DNA of 32,000 nucleotides, from the NCBI RefSeq assembly GCF_000008665.1, contig NC_000917.1, forward strand, positions 1,080,001 to 1,112,000, written 5' to 3'. Source of the stretch: Archaeoglobus fulgidus DSM 4304 (GTDB taxonomy: Archaea; Halobacteriota; Archaeoglobi; Archaeoglobales; Archaeoglobaceae). Below are positions 1 through 9,644 of this stretch, piece by piece. The notes under the pieces are model-generated. The model saw nothing but the letters and a program-made list of their open reading frames with translations, had not been told where the DNA came from and made no database searches. Within the stretch, counting starts at the first letter, position 1; every line of letters begins with the position of its first letter. A program made the position numbers and the translations under genes.

Positions 1-360
1 CTTCTCTGCTGCCGAGCCCTCCTCAGGTCTGACGTAAACGAAGTTATCGCCGACTTTTTTCATAGGCACCAGCGGTGAGATTACCACCTTCCCCGCCAGC
101 TGCCTTTTCAGCATTTCCGCTGTGTCAAAGGCGAACTCCCACGGAATCGTGAATACAGCAACATCGCAGGTTTCTGCGGCATCCTCATTTCGCATTCCTA
201 TTATGGATGCATCGCCGACCTTTTTCAGGTAATCCGATGCCAGTTTCTCAGCCTTTTCAAGCTTTCTTGAGCCAACTATGATTTCGTAGCCCAGCTTGCC
301 CCATCGCAGAGCCAGACCTTCCCCAAGGTTGCCCGTACCTCCAAGAAGGGCGATTTTCAT
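1..360 (-). CDS. F420H2:NADP oxidoreductase-like protein (NpdG/Fno family), 3' part cut by the window edge
   Basis: Reverse-strand translation from ATG at 360 is open to the edge: MKIALLGGTGNLGEGLALRWGKLGYEIIVGSRKLEKAEKLASDYLKKVGDASIIGMRNEDAAETCDVAVFTIPWEFAFDTAEMLKRQLAGKVVISPLVPMKKVGDNFVYVRPEEG. It has the GGTGNLGxGLALR dinucleotide-binding motif and the VVSPLVP-type motif of archaeal Fno/NpdG. Confidence 0.88.
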   Translation of the reverse strand, partial: MKIALLGGTGNLGEGLALRWGKLGYEIIVGSRKLEKAEKLASDYLKKVGDASIIGMRNEDAAETCDVAVFTIPWEFAFDTAEMLKRQLAGKVVISPLVPMKKVGDNFVYVRPEEGSAAEK

Positions 361-376
361 TGCACCACCAAAAAAG

Positions 377-1318
377 TTAGAAGTTTACCCTTTCCTTTCC
401 CTTAAGTCCGAGTATCTCCCTCACCTCGTCAGGTGTTGCGGGCCTCTTTCCGAGTTCCTTCACAATCCTTACCATTTTTTCGACCTGCTCGGCGTTGCTT
501 TTAGCAAGCTTGCCTCTTTCAATGTAAAGGCTGTCCTCAAGCCCCACTCTCACGTCACCGCCCATTATCACCGCAAGCGTTCCGAGAGGCATCTGAAATC
601 TGCCCGCTCCAACAAGGGACCACGTGTAGTTCTCCCTGCCAATTAACCTGTCTGCCGTCTGCTTCATGAACAGAACATCCTCAACAGCGGTTCCAATTCC
701 GCCGAGTATCCCATGGATGAACTGCAGCCTGAGTGGCGGTTCGAGGTAGCCCTCGTGGAACATGAAGGCCGTGTTGTATATCTGCCCTATGTCGTAGCAC
801 TCAAGCTCCGGCTTCGTGTCGTTCTCCTTGAAAATTCTCGAAAGCGCCTCAAGGTCCTTGAACGTGTTTCTGAAAACTATGTCCCTCGTCATTTCGAGAT
901 ACTCGGGCTCCCAGTCGTACTTGAACTCCTTGTACTTTTTGAGTAGTGGATGAATGGCGAAGTTCATGGAGCCCATGTTGAAGGTTGCGATTTCCGGTTT
1001 CAGGGCGGGCACGACCTTTGCCCTCTCCTCAACGGGTATTCCCAGTGTGCCTCCTCCTCCGGTTGTAACATTAATAACAACATCGCTCTGCTTTTTGATT
1101 TCCCTGCATATGTACCTGAAAACCTCAACATCCGTTGTGGGGCGCCCGTCTTTCGGGTCTCTCGCGTGAATGTGAACCATTCCGGCCCCTGCCTCTGCGG
1201 CCTTCACCGCTTCCTCCACAATCTGGTCGGGTGTGACCGGCAGGTACGGGGACATGCTCGGAGTGTGTATCGCTCCCGTTATGGCGCACGTGACAATAAC
1301 CACATCGTCCTTCCTCAT
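377..1318 (-). CDS. Beta-keto acid cleavage enzyme (BKACE/DUF849; 3-keto-5-aminohexanoate cleavage enzyme family)
   Basis: 313 aa. MRKDDVVIVTCAITGAIHTPSMSPYLPVTPDQI..AAEAGAGMVHIHARDPKDGRPTTDVEVF is characteristic of BKACE. Confidence 0.92.
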   Translation of the reverse strand: MRKDDVVIVTCAITGAIHTPSMSPYLPVTPDQIVEEAVKAAEAGAGMVHIHARDPKDGRPTTDVEVFRYICREIKKQSDVVINVTTGGGGTLGIPVEERAKVVPALKPEIATFNMGSMNFAIHPLLKKYKEFKYDWEPEYLEMTRDIVFRNTFKDLEALSRIFKENDTKPELECYDIGQIYNTAFMFHEGYLEPPLRLQFIHGILGGIGTAVEDVLFMKQTADRLIGRENYTWSLVGAGRFQMPLGTLAVIMGGDVRVGLEDSLYIERGKLAKSNAEQVEKMVRIVKELGKRPATPDEVREILGLKGKERVNF

Positions 1319-1426
1319 GTCACAGATAGGATTTAACTTATTATATTTGATTAATCTTCTAAATCACATAAATTGACATAAACCGGTAAAAAAGGTATTT
1401 AAGAGAGAAAAATCTGCCGTTCTCCA

Positions 1427-3484
1427 ATGGAGCGCTTGTTTTACCCGAAAGTCGTGGCAGTGATAGGTGCTTCACCTCAGGAGGGAAAGGTGGGTAACAC
1501 GATTATGAAAAATCTCAGAAACTTCAGCGGCACTGTCTATGCTGTAAACCCGAAGTACAGGGAAATACTTGGATTCCCGTGCTACCCCTCGGTACTCAAG
1601 ATACCCGAAAATGTGGACCTGGCCATCATCGTTGTTCCAGCGAAGCTCGTTCCGAAGGCAGTGGAGGAGTGCGGAAGGAAGGACGTTGAAGGTGCCGTGG
1701 TGATTTCGGCAGGCTTCAAGGAGGCCGGGATTGAGGGGGCAAAGCTTGAGAGGGAACTGGTCGAGGTGGCCGAAAGGTATGGCGTTAAGCTGGTTGGCCC
1801 CAACTGTCTCGGCATGATAAACACCGAGATTGCTATGAACGCCACGTTCAGCAGAGTGGCCCCCGAAAAGGGCAGAATAGCGTTCCTCAGCCAGTCCGGA
1901 GCCTTCATTCTCGCGGTTCTTGAATGGTCAAAACGCAACGGTGTCGGTTTCAGCAAGGTTGTCAGCTTGGGAAACAAGGCCATGCTCGACGAATCCGACT
2001 TTCTGGAGTACCTGGCCAAAGATGACTCAACCGACGTCATTCTGATTTACATGGAGGGTGTGGAAGATGGGCGAAAGTTCATGAGGGTGGCGAAGAGTGT
2101 GGCAAGGAGGAAACCAGTAGTGGTGATGAAGGCGGGGAAGTCCCAGAGCGGTGCAAAGGCAGCTTCAAGCCACACGGGAAGTCTGGCAGGTAGCTACGAA
2201 GCTTACAGAGCTGCATTCAGGCAGAGTGGCGTTATTGAGGCGAGTTCAGTTGAAGAGCTATTTGACTTCGCACTGCTGCTGCTAAAATACAGAAAAGCCG
2301 GAAACTTAGCAATTCTCACTAACTCAGGCGGCCCGGGAGTTATGGCAGCGGATGCATGCGACCAGTTTGGTGTGCCTCTGGCAAACTTCAATTTTGAGAC
2401 AATAAGGAAGCTCAAGGAGTTTCTGCCCGCTGAGTCGAACTTCTACAACCCGGTTGACATTCTGGGTGATGCCAGCGCCGAGAGATTTTCAAGATCCCTT
2501 CAAATTCTTTCAGAGGATGAAAACGTGGACATCGTGCTCACCATACTCACACCCACAGCGCAGATGGACTTTTTAAAGGCTGCGGAGAGTGTCGTCGGAA
2601 AGAATGCAGTTTGCTGCTTCATGGGTGGGGAGAGTGTAGATGAATCGGAAAGGATTCTGAGGAGTTCGGGCATTCCGAACTTCTTCGACCCCGTGAGAGC
2701 GGTCAGGGCCATCTCGGTACTCGGAAGGTACTCTAAAATCTCTGCAAAGGAAAGAGTGAAGGAAGACTTGGATGTGAGTGTGGAGCGCGAGAAGGCTGAA
2801 GAAATTATCGAAAAGCTGCTGGAGAGTGGTGGCAGAGTGGTGGGGGCGGAAGGTTTGCCAGTACTGGAGGCATACGGCATTGAGGTTGCACCCTACGGAA
2901 TAGCCAGGAACGTTGACGAGGCGAGAGATATTGCGGAAAGCATTGGCTACCCGGTTGTTCTGAAGGTTGTTTCCCCCGATGTCGTGCACAAGAGTGATGT
3001 TGGTGGAGTAAAACTCAATGTGGGGGAGAACGATTTGGAGAAAGCCTTCTTCGAGATACTGTCAAACGTGGAGGGGAGGATGCCAAAGGCAAGAATTGAG
3101 GGTGTCCTCGTTCAGAAGATGGTTGATGGGGGAAAGGAGCTGATAGTGGGTATGAAAAGGGATCCACAGTTCGGTCCGATGATTATGTTCGGAATGGGTG
3201 GGGTTTACGTTGAGGTGCTGAAAGACGTTTCCTTCAGAATCGCCCCGATAACGAGAAGGGAGGCCCATGAAATGGTCAGGGAAGTCAAGGCTTACCGAAT
3301 TTTGAGGGGGCTGAGGGGTGAGAAGCCAGCCGACATCGATGCGATTGCTGATTTGCTTTTGCGAGTTTCAAAACTAAGCTTGGACCACCCCGAGGTCCTC
3401 GAAATGGACCTGAATCCTGTCAAGGTGTTTGAGAGTGGATATGCTGTGGTGGATTTCAGGATGGTTTTGGGTGAGGAGGTGTGA
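1427..3484 (+). CDS. Acetate/acyl-CoA ligase (ADP-forming), fused alpha-beta subunits
   Basis: 685 aa. N-terminal CoA-binding domain (VAVIGASPQEGKVGNTIMKNL, LVGPNCLG, FLSQSGAF), C-terminal ATP-grasp domain (YPVVLKVVSPDVVHKSDVGGVKLNV, GGVYVEVLKDVSFRIAPI). Confidence 0.95.
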   Translation: MERLFYPKVVAVIGASPQEGKVGNTIMKNLRNFSGTVYAVNPKYREILGFPCYPSVLKIPENVDLAIIVVPAKLVPKAVEECGRKDVEGAVVISAGFKEAGIEGAKLERELVEVAERYGVKLVGPNCLGMINTEIAMNATFSRVAPEKGRIAFLSQSGAFILAVLEWSKRNGVGFSKVVSLGNKAMLDESDFLEYLAKDDSTDVILIYMEGVEDGRKFMRVAKSVARRKPVVVMKAGKSQSGAKAASSHTGSLAGSYEAYRAAFRQSGVIEASSVEELFDFALLLLKYRKAGNLAILTNSGGPGVMAADACDQFGVPLANFNFETIRKLKEFLPAESNFYNPVDILGDASAERFSRSLQILSEDENVDIVLTILTPTAQMDFLKAAESVVGKNAVCCFMGGESVDESERILRSSGIPNFFDPVRAVRAISVLGRYSKISAKERVKEDLDVSVEREKAEEIIEKLLESGGRVVGAEGLPVLEAYGIEVAPYGIARNVDEARDIAESIGYPVVLKVVSPDVVHKSDVGGVKLNVGENDLEKAFFEILSNVEGRMPKARIEGVLVQKMVDGGKELIVGMKRDPQFGPMIMFGMGGVYVEVLKDVSFRIAPITRREAHEMVREVKAYRILRGLRGEKPADIDAIADLLLRVSKLSLDHPEVLEMDLNPVKVFESGYAVVDFRMVLGEEV

Positions 3485-4543
3485 GTGATGAAGTGTTTGC
3501 TGGTTTCGTCAGTTGAGGGATACTCCGGCAAGAGCGGAATAATCATCGCCCTTGGGCTGAAGCTCAGGGAGATGGGCTACGAGGTAGGATACTTCAAGGC
3601 ACTTGGCGTTAACACGGTCAAGGTTGGGGATAGAGCGGTGGAGGAGGACAGCCTCATCACGGCCAAGATTCTCGGTGTGGAGGAAGACGTATGTCCGGTG
3701 GTTCTCGACCGCCCCTATATCGATTTCGCCACCTCGGTGGACCCGGTGGTACTCAGGAAGGCTGTTCTTGACAGATTTACCGAGGTTTCGGAAGGCAAGG
3801 ACGTAGTTATCGTTGAGGGCTCTCAGAACTACAGAACGGGTGTGGCGGTTGGCATAGATGACGCGAGCGTGGCGAAGATGCTCAGCGCCAAAGTGCTCTT
3901 AGTGGGGAAGTACGTTAACGACTTTGTTGTTGACGAGGTTCTTGCGGCAAAGTCCGCGTTCGGAACGATGCTTGAGAAGGTCGTCTTCAATCAGGTAAGC
4001 GGATACAAAATGTCTTACATAGAAGGAATCGCGAGAAAGGTCCTCAACGAGGCGGGGCTTGACATAGTGGGTGCAATTCCCAGAAATCCCGTTCTTGCGG
4101 GGTTGTCGGTGGAAGAGATTAGAGAAGCGGTTTCGGGAGAGTACTTGATTGAGCCGAGGGAAGAAAAAATGGTCGAGCAGGTGGTTATCGGTGCAATGTC
4201 CCCACAATCTGCTCTGCGATACTTAAGAGAGGCGAGGAATGCTGCTCTCGTTACTGGAGGGGACAGGAGCGATTTGCTTTTAACTGCACTTGAAATGCCA
4301 AACGTGAGGTGCCTCATACTCACTGGAAACCTTGAGCCTGTCCAGCTTGTTCTGACGAAGGCGGAGGAGAGGGGTGTGCCGGTCATACTAACGGGACACG
4401 ACACTCTTACAGCTGTGAGCAGGCTTGAGAGCGTTTTTGGTAGAACGAGGATAAGAGGGGAGCCTAAGGTGGGCATCATGAGGGAGCTGTTCGAATCCCA
4501 TGTTAACGTGAAGACCATTATAGAATACTTGGGGCTGGATTAG
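3485..4543 (+). CDS. BioD-like/phosphotransacetylase N-terminal-like P-loop protein with C-terminal DRTGG-type domain
   Basis: 352 aa. [40 protein letters not shown] is a BioD-like P-loop. The C-terminal [41 protein letters not shown] resembles DRTGG/Pta regulatory domains. GTG at 3485 is immediately followed by ATG at 3488, so the start is ambiguous. Confidence 0.8.
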
Positions 4544-4550
4544 TGGTAAA

Positions 4551-5000
4551 ATGGCGGGGCAGCTAACATTCAAAAGAGAGCTGGAAAAAGTATTCGAGAA
4601 AGAGCTCAAAAAGAGGATTGAAAGAATTGGAAAAACACCGCTATCCCCACTATCCCTGATTCTCTTTACGAGGATTGCAGAGCTTTCGGCCATAGAGAAC
4701 GGGTATATTAGGCCCACCGAGTACGAGATGAGGGAGATTTTCGCCGCCAGAACCACCTATTCCGAAGGGCTTCTTAGCACCTTGAAGGACATCATTTACT
4801 CGCACTTCCTGCGAAGTAATCTTGGAGAGCATCTGGAGGACTTCATTTACACTCTGCAGAGGATTGAGGACATCCAGTCTAAAATCGACGAGCTGATTTT
4901 AAGGGAGATGAGGGAGGTTAGTTTGAGGAAAGTGTATCACGAACTTCTCAGGTTTTTGCTGGACATGCTGTGCGACAAAGATATGGTCAGATTTGATTGA
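4551..5000 (+). CDS. Hypothetical helical protein, 149 aa
   Basis: ATG start 7 nt after the preceding stop, co-directional. Strongly charged helical composition, no recognised family motif. Confidence 0.65.
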   Translation: MAGQLTFKRELEKVFEKELKKRIERIGKTPLSPLSLILFTRIAELSAIENGYIRPTEYEMREIFAARTTYSEGLLSTLKDIIYSHFLRSNLGEHLEDFIYTLQRIEDIQSKIDELILREMREVSLRKVYHELLRFLLDMLCDKDMVRFD

Positions 5001-5034
5001 AAACCAGATTTCCCAGCTTTGCCCCATCGGAACT

Positions 5035-5583
5035 TTACCCCCACCTTCTGTAGTCCACCTCAACCCCAAGCTGTTCGGCTATTCTCGAAACGGTGTGTTC
5101 TATGAGGTCATCAACACTCTTCGGCCTTGTGTAGAAGGACAGAACTGGGGGGAAAATTACTGCCCCCATCTCCGCCAGCCTTGCAAGCGTTTTGAGGTGC
5201 CCTGAATGTAGCGGAGCTTCTCTGATGGCAAGAACAAGTCGCCTTTTCTCCTTCAAGGTTACATCCGCAGCTCTCGCTATCAGGTTGTCTGCAATGCCGT
5301 AGGCAATTGATGAGGCTGTTTTTATGCTGCAAGGCACAACAGCCATTCCATCGTGCCTGAAGCTCCCGCTGGCGAAGGGTGCGGCAATCTCGTCTTCATC
5401 ATAATACTTGGTTGCAATCTCCCTCACGTAGCCCTCGTCGTAGTCAGTTTCCGCCTTCAGTGTGATTTTCGCTGCTCTCGACGCTACGGCGTAAACCTCC
5501 GCCCCCAACTCGGTCAACTTCTCAATAAGCCTTATTCCGAGTATCTGCCCCGATGCTCCCGTTAAGGCTACTACGAACCTCAT
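5035..5583 (-). CDS. ubiX: UbiX-family flavin prenyltransferase
   Basis: MRFVVALTGASGQILGIRLIEKL; MAVVPCSIKTASSIAYGIADNLIARAADVTLKEKRRLVLAIREAPL; PPVLSFYTRPKSVDDLIEHTVSRI. ATG at 5583 overlaps the stop of the upstream gene (ATGA). Confidence 0.95.
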   Translation of the reverse strand: MRFVVALTGASGQILGIRLIEKLTELGAEVYAVASRAAKITLKAETDYDEGYVREIATKYYDEDEIAAPFASGSFRHDGMAVVPCSIKTASSIAYGIADNLIARAADVTLKEKRRLVLAIREAPLHSGHLKTLARLAEMGAVIFPPVLSFYTRPKSVDDLIEHTVSRIAEQLGVEVDYRRWG

Positions 5584-6758
5584 CAAATCAGCGGCTCTAT
5601 ATCTTCATCGAAAAGCTCTATTGTCTTGGTCATCCTCATCTTCTCCGCTTCCTCAGCCTCCTCCTTCGCCTCAGCAGCGAGCCTCTGCAACTCCTTAACT
5701 CTCGGAATGTCTGTAACGTTGGCAAGCAGCACAAGAGCGGCAACATATTTAGTCCTCCTCGTTGGATAGTCTCCGGCCCTGACCTCAACGCCCGCAATCT
5801 GCTCCTCAAGCCAGATCTTCGCCTTCTCCAGTCCCTTCCTGTCCAAGTGCTCCGGCGGTCCTGCGACGAGAACAAGCGCTCTCTCAGCGCTGTGAATGTT
5901 GCACGGCACTGTCAGCCTTCCAAGAGCAGCCCTCCTCACGAGAGTTGCTATTTTCATCGGCTTGTCGTTTTCAAGAGCTTCAATTTCCTCCTCTTCTTTC
6001 CTGCCGAAGAGTCTGAAGCCCTTTCTCTTTTTCTCAGAGGATTCGGCGAGAGTCGTTGCGTAACCAATAGAGGAGATTCCACCCCCTCTCAGAGTGTTGA
6101 CAACTTCGCTGCTGTCAACGACCATCTCTCCAACAACGTCCTCTTCAATCGGCTCCCCGGCCCTTGCCAGCAAAGCGAGCCTCCTTACAATTTCCTCGTT
6201 AATCTTAGCAAAGGACTCCTTCAGGCTTGTCCCCTCAAACTTCCAGGCTCCGTTGTCCACAAGGATAAGGTTATCCACGTACTTCAGCAGAGAAATCATG
6301 CTTCTGGCGGCGTTTAGGGAGTAAAGTTTGCCCTCCTCGGGAGCGGGAAGAATGCCGACAGCGTAAACGGGCTCCGAGTACATCTCCGAAAGATATTTGG
6401 CGAGAACGGGCGCTCCACCACTCCCCGTTCCTCCACCAAGCCCGGCAACGATTAGAAAAGCATCCATGTCGTGCGTCCCCCTTTCATCGATGGCGTTCAA
6501 GATGGTCTCTATGTCTTCCTGAGCGACCTTAGCCCCCAGCTTGTTGTCCGTCCCAACTCCGTGTCCCTTCACTATGGTTTGGCCGATGAGAATGCGATCC
6601 TGAACGGGGACGTGCTTTAAACCCATTAAATCAGTTCTGGCGGAATTTATCGCAAGCCACCTCATCCTGATATTGGAGCCTCTCATCTTCTCATTCTCGA
6701 TGAACATGTCCAGTATTTTTCCTCCAGCCTGTCCGAAGCCGATTATGAAGAATCTCAT
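5583..6758 (-). CDS. CetZ-like tubulin/FtsZ superfamily GTPase
   Basis: MRFFIIGFGQAGGKILDMF, AINSARTDL, AFLIVAGLGGGTGSGGAPVLAKYL (tubulin signature GGGTGSG). ATG at 6758 has a GAGGTGAT Shine-Dalgarno at about 6763-6770. The 6767 GTG start used in the ORF track lies inside that SD. Confidence 0.9.
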   Translation of the reverse strand: MRFFIIGFGQAGGKILDMFIENEKMRGSNIRMRWLAINSARTDLMGLKHVPVQDRILIGQTIVKGHGVGTDNKLGAKVAQEDIETILNAIDERGTHDMDAFLIVAGLGGGTGSGGAPVLAKYLSEMYSEPVYAVGILPAPEEGKLYSLNAARSMISLLKYVDNLILVDNGAWKFEGTSLKESFAKINEEIVRRLALLARAGEPIEEDVVGEMVVDSSEVVNTLRGGGISSIGYATTLAESSEKKRKGFRLFGRKEEEEIEALENDKPMKIATLVRRAALGRLTVPCNIHSAERALVLVAGPPEHLDRKGLEKAKIWLEEQIAGVEVRAGDYPTRRTKYVAALVLLANVTDIPRVKELQRLAAEAKEEAEEAEKMRMTKTIELFDEDIEPLI

Positions 6759-6868
6759 TAATATCACCTCAACGCTAAGATTTAATACGCTTTTTATTTA
6801 AACCTTTTTCCCAACTTTGCAATCTCGATAAAGGCAAGTTTAAAAACAGCAACGCCTCAGCTTGACCG

Positions 6869-8350
6869 ATGCACTGGGCTGATGTGATTGCAGCGGATTT
6901 GCTGAAGAGGTCGAACTCTCACAGAATAGCCACAGGAATATCACCTTCTGGACATATTCATCTTGGTAACCTCAGGGAAATGGTCACGGCGGATGCAATC
7001 AGAAGAGCCCTTCTTGATGCTGGGGGAGAGGCGAAAATTGTCTATATTGCTGATGATTTCGATCCGCTGAGAAGGAGGTATCCCTTTCTTCCGGAGGAGT
7101 ACGAGAACTACGTTGGGATGCCTCTCTGCAAGATTCCCGACCCGGAGGGCTGCCATGATTCCTACTCCGAGCACTTTCTTCAGCCCTTCTTAGAATCGCT
7201 TGAAATCCTCGGTATTCCGGTAGAGGTTCGCAGAGCCTACCAGATGTATTCAGAGGGGCTCTACGAGAACAATACGAGAATCGCTTTAAAGAGAAGGGAC
7301 GAAATTGCCAGAATAATCGCTGAGGTGACGGGGAGGGAGCTTGAGGAGCGTTGGTATCCCTTCATGCCGCTCTGCGAGAACTGCGGAAGGATTAACTCCA
7401 CGAGGGTGACTTCGTTCGATGAAAACTGGATTTACTACGAGTGCGATTGCGGCCACAGCGGCAGGGTTGGTTATGTAGGAGGGGGCAAGCTAACGTGGAG
7501 AGTTGACTGGGCTGCGAGGTGGCAGATTCTGAGCATTACCTGCGAGCCTTTTGGGAAGGACCATGCGGCTGCCGGAGGGAGCTACGACACGGGTGTGAGA
7601 ATTGCAAGGGAAATATTCGATTACGAGCCTCCCTATCCCGTTCCCTACGAGTGGATTCACCTCAAGGGAAAGGGGGCTATGAAAAGCTCCAAAGGCATCG
7701 TACTTCCCGTCAGAGAGATGGTCGAGGTGATACCTCCAGAAATTGTGAGGTACATAACAATCAGGGTCAAGCCGGAGAGGCACATTGAATTCGACCCCGG
7801 TTTGGGGCTGCTCGACCTCGTGGAGGAGTTCGAGGAGAAGTTCAAGGAGAAGGACAGGAGTGTTGAACTCAGCCTCGTCGGTGAGGTTGTTTACTCCGAC
7901 GTCCCCTTCCGCCATCTTATTGTTGTTGGTCAGATTGCCAACTGGGATTTAGAGAAGGCGCTCGAAATCATAGAGAGAACGGGATACACGGTTGATGACG
8001 TGACGAGAAGAGACGTGGAGAGGAGGCTGAAGTACGCGAGGAAGTGGCTGGAGAAATACGCACCGGACAACATAAAATTCGAGATACCCGAAAAGGTCAC
8101 CGCGGAGTTCAGCGAGGAGGAAAAGAAGTTTCTTAGAGCCTACGCTGAAAGACTGCGGAGCGACATGAAGCCCGAAGAGATACACACGCTTGTGTATGAC
8201 GTTTCAAAGGAGGTTGGCATTAAGTCTTCAAAGGCCTTCCAGGCGATTTACAAAGCAATTCTCGGCAAAACCTACGGGCCGAGGGTGGGTTACTTCATAA
8301 AATCTCTGGGAGTGGAGTGGGTAAGGGAGAGGATAAAGGCTGCTCTATGA
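6869..8350 (+). CDS. lysS: Class I lysyl-tRNA synthetase
   Basis: 493 aa. HIHLGNLREMV (HIGH-like), KGKGAMKSSKGIVLP (KMSKS-equivalent), CENCGR and CDCGHSG zinc motifs typical of archaeal class I LysRS. Confidence 0.96.
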   Translation: MHWADVIAADLLKRSNSHRIATGISPSGHIHLGNLREMVTADAIRRALLDAGGEAKIVYIADDFDPLRRRYPFLPEEYENYVGMPLCKIPDPEGCHDSYSEHFLQPFLESLEILGIPVEVRRAYQMYSEGLYENNTRIALKRRDEIARIIAEVTGRELEERWYPFMPLCENCGRINSTRVTSFDENWIYYECDCGHSGRVGYVGGGKLTWRVDWAARWQILSITCEPFGKDHAAAGGSYDTGVRIAREIFDYEPPYPVPYEWIHLKGKGAMKSSKGIVLPVREMVEVIPPEIVRYITIRVKPERHIEFDPGLGLLDLVEEFEEKFKEKDRSVELSLVGEVVYSDVPFRHLIVVGQIANWDLEKALEIIERTGYTVDDVTRRDVERRLKYARKWLEKYAPDNIKFEIPEKVTAEFSEEEKKFLRAYAERLRSDMKPEEIHTLVYDVSKEVGIKSSKAFQAIYKAILGKTYGPRVGYFIKSLGVEWVRERIKAAL

Positions 8351-9342
8351 GGAGAATCGAGGCAGGGAGTCGCTACACCTACTTGCCAGAGGGATGCAGG
8401 CTGTGCAGGAAGGGAGCGAAGCTCGTGCTGTTCGTTACAGGGATTTGCAACAACTCGTGCTTTTACTGCCCCGTTTCAAAGGAGAAAATTGGTAGGGATG
8501 TTGTCTTTGCCAACGAAAGGCCTGTGAAGAGCGTAGAAGATGTTTTTGAGGAAATAGAGATGATGGACGCCGAGGGAATTGCAATTACGGGAGGAGAGCC
8601 CTTGCTTAAAATTGAGAAGGTTCGGGAATACCTGAAGCTTGCAAAGAAGCTCGACCTGCACGTTCACCTCTACACGTCCCTTCCCGCAGGAGAAAAGCTG
8701 AAAAAGCTTGAGGGGCTTGACGAGATTCGCTTTCATCCACCCGAACTGAAGAGTCCTGAAAAGTATGAGGAGTCAATCAGGCTGGCTAAAAAGCTGGGGA
8801 TGGACGCGGGTTTTGAGATTCCCGCAATCCGATTTGAGGAGAAAATTGTCGAAATTGTAAACAGAAACGACGCTTTTCTCAACGTGAACCAGCTTGAAGT
8901 GAGTGAAAGCAACTGGGAAAGGATTGCGGAGAGTTACAGCATCACAGACTACTACGTCAGTGATGAGGAGACGGAGAGGATTGTAAAGGAGTACGAGAGG
9001 GCTGAGAAGTTTCACTACTGCAGCGCGAGATTCAAGGACATTGCTCAGTTCAGAAGGAGGCTGATAAGGATGGCCATGAACCACCCTGAGTTTTACGCCG
9101 TCACGAGAGACGGCACGCTTGTATGCACGAGAGTTGAGGGTGATGCAGAAAGGCTGAGCATCGCCGAAGAGATTCTCAGAAAAGCCGGACAGGAATTTGT
9201 AAGGTTCGAAGATTGCATTGAAACGACTCCCGAACTTGAGAAGAAGATTAGAGAAGCTTTAAAATCTGAGGGGTTAAGGCTCAGGATAGTCGAAAGATAT
9301 CCCACATATAACCGGCTTGTGCTTGAAGTAATGGATATCTGA
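8347..9342 (+). CDS. Radical SAM protein, archaeal COG2108-like
   Basis: ATG at 8347 overlaps the lysS stop (ATGA). LVLFVTGICNNSCFYCPVSKEK (CxxxCxxC) and AITGGEPLLK. Confidence 0.9.
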   Translation: MRRIEAGSRYTYLPEGCRLCRKGAKLVLFVTGICNNSCFYCPVSKEKIGRDVVFANERPVKSVEDVFEEIEMMDAEGIAITGGEPLLKIEKVREYLKLAKKLDLHVHLYTSLPAGEKLKKLEGLDEIRFHPPELKSPEKYEESIRLAKKLGMDAGFEIPAIRFEEKIVEIVNRNDAFLNVNQLEVSESNWERIAESYSITDYYVSDEETERIVKEYERAEKFHYCSARFKDIAQFRRRLIRMAMNHPEFYAVTRDGTLVCTRVEGDAERLSIAEEILRKAGQEFVRFEDCIETTPELEKKIREALKSEGLRLRIVERYPTYNRLVLEVMDI

Positions 9343-9350
9343 GGTGTGGC

Positions 9351-9644
9351 ATGAACGGAGAGGTCGAGTCGAGGTTGAGGAAGTACCTCGAAAGGGACAA
9401 GAACGGTCTGAGGAGGGAACTGCTCAGAGTGCTCCTTGAGGGGAAGAAATTCACAACCAGCGAAATCCACGATATTTTGTCAAGAAGGGGCTACTCGATA
9501 AGCCCAAGGGGGGTTTCCGCAATGGTTGGCTTAATCTCCGCAAGGCTCGGAATACTCAAGACCGAGCTTGGGGAGAAGAACAGATATTACCTCAAGAGCG
9601 AATACGCTGATTTGGTCAGGAAAATCGTCGAGGAATTTGAATGA
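9351..9644 (+). CDS. Small winged-helix-like protein (DUF2551-type)
   Basis: 97 aa. LRRELLRVLLEGKKFTTSEIHDILSRRGYSISPRGVSAMVGLISARLGILKTE. The stop overlaps the uppS ATG. Confidence 0.75.
   Translation: MNGEVESRLRKYLERDKNGLRRELLRVLLEGKKFTTSEIHDILSRRGYSISPRGVSAMVGLISARLGILKTELGEKNRYYLKSEYADLVRKIVEEFE

Noticed and set aside
713-1336. ORFs on the strand opposite the BKACE gene (713-946, 950-1336, 954-1169)
   Set aside because: They are fully antisense to a gene with strong family motifs, have compositionally implausible proteins (Cys/His/Arg-rich shadow translation) and no start context.
5553-6324. 254-aa plus-strand ORF 5553-6317 and the nested 6094-6324 ORF opposite the CetZ-like gene
   Set aside because: Mirror translation of a conserved tubulin-superfamily gene. 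The long open frame is explained by GC-biased codon usage.
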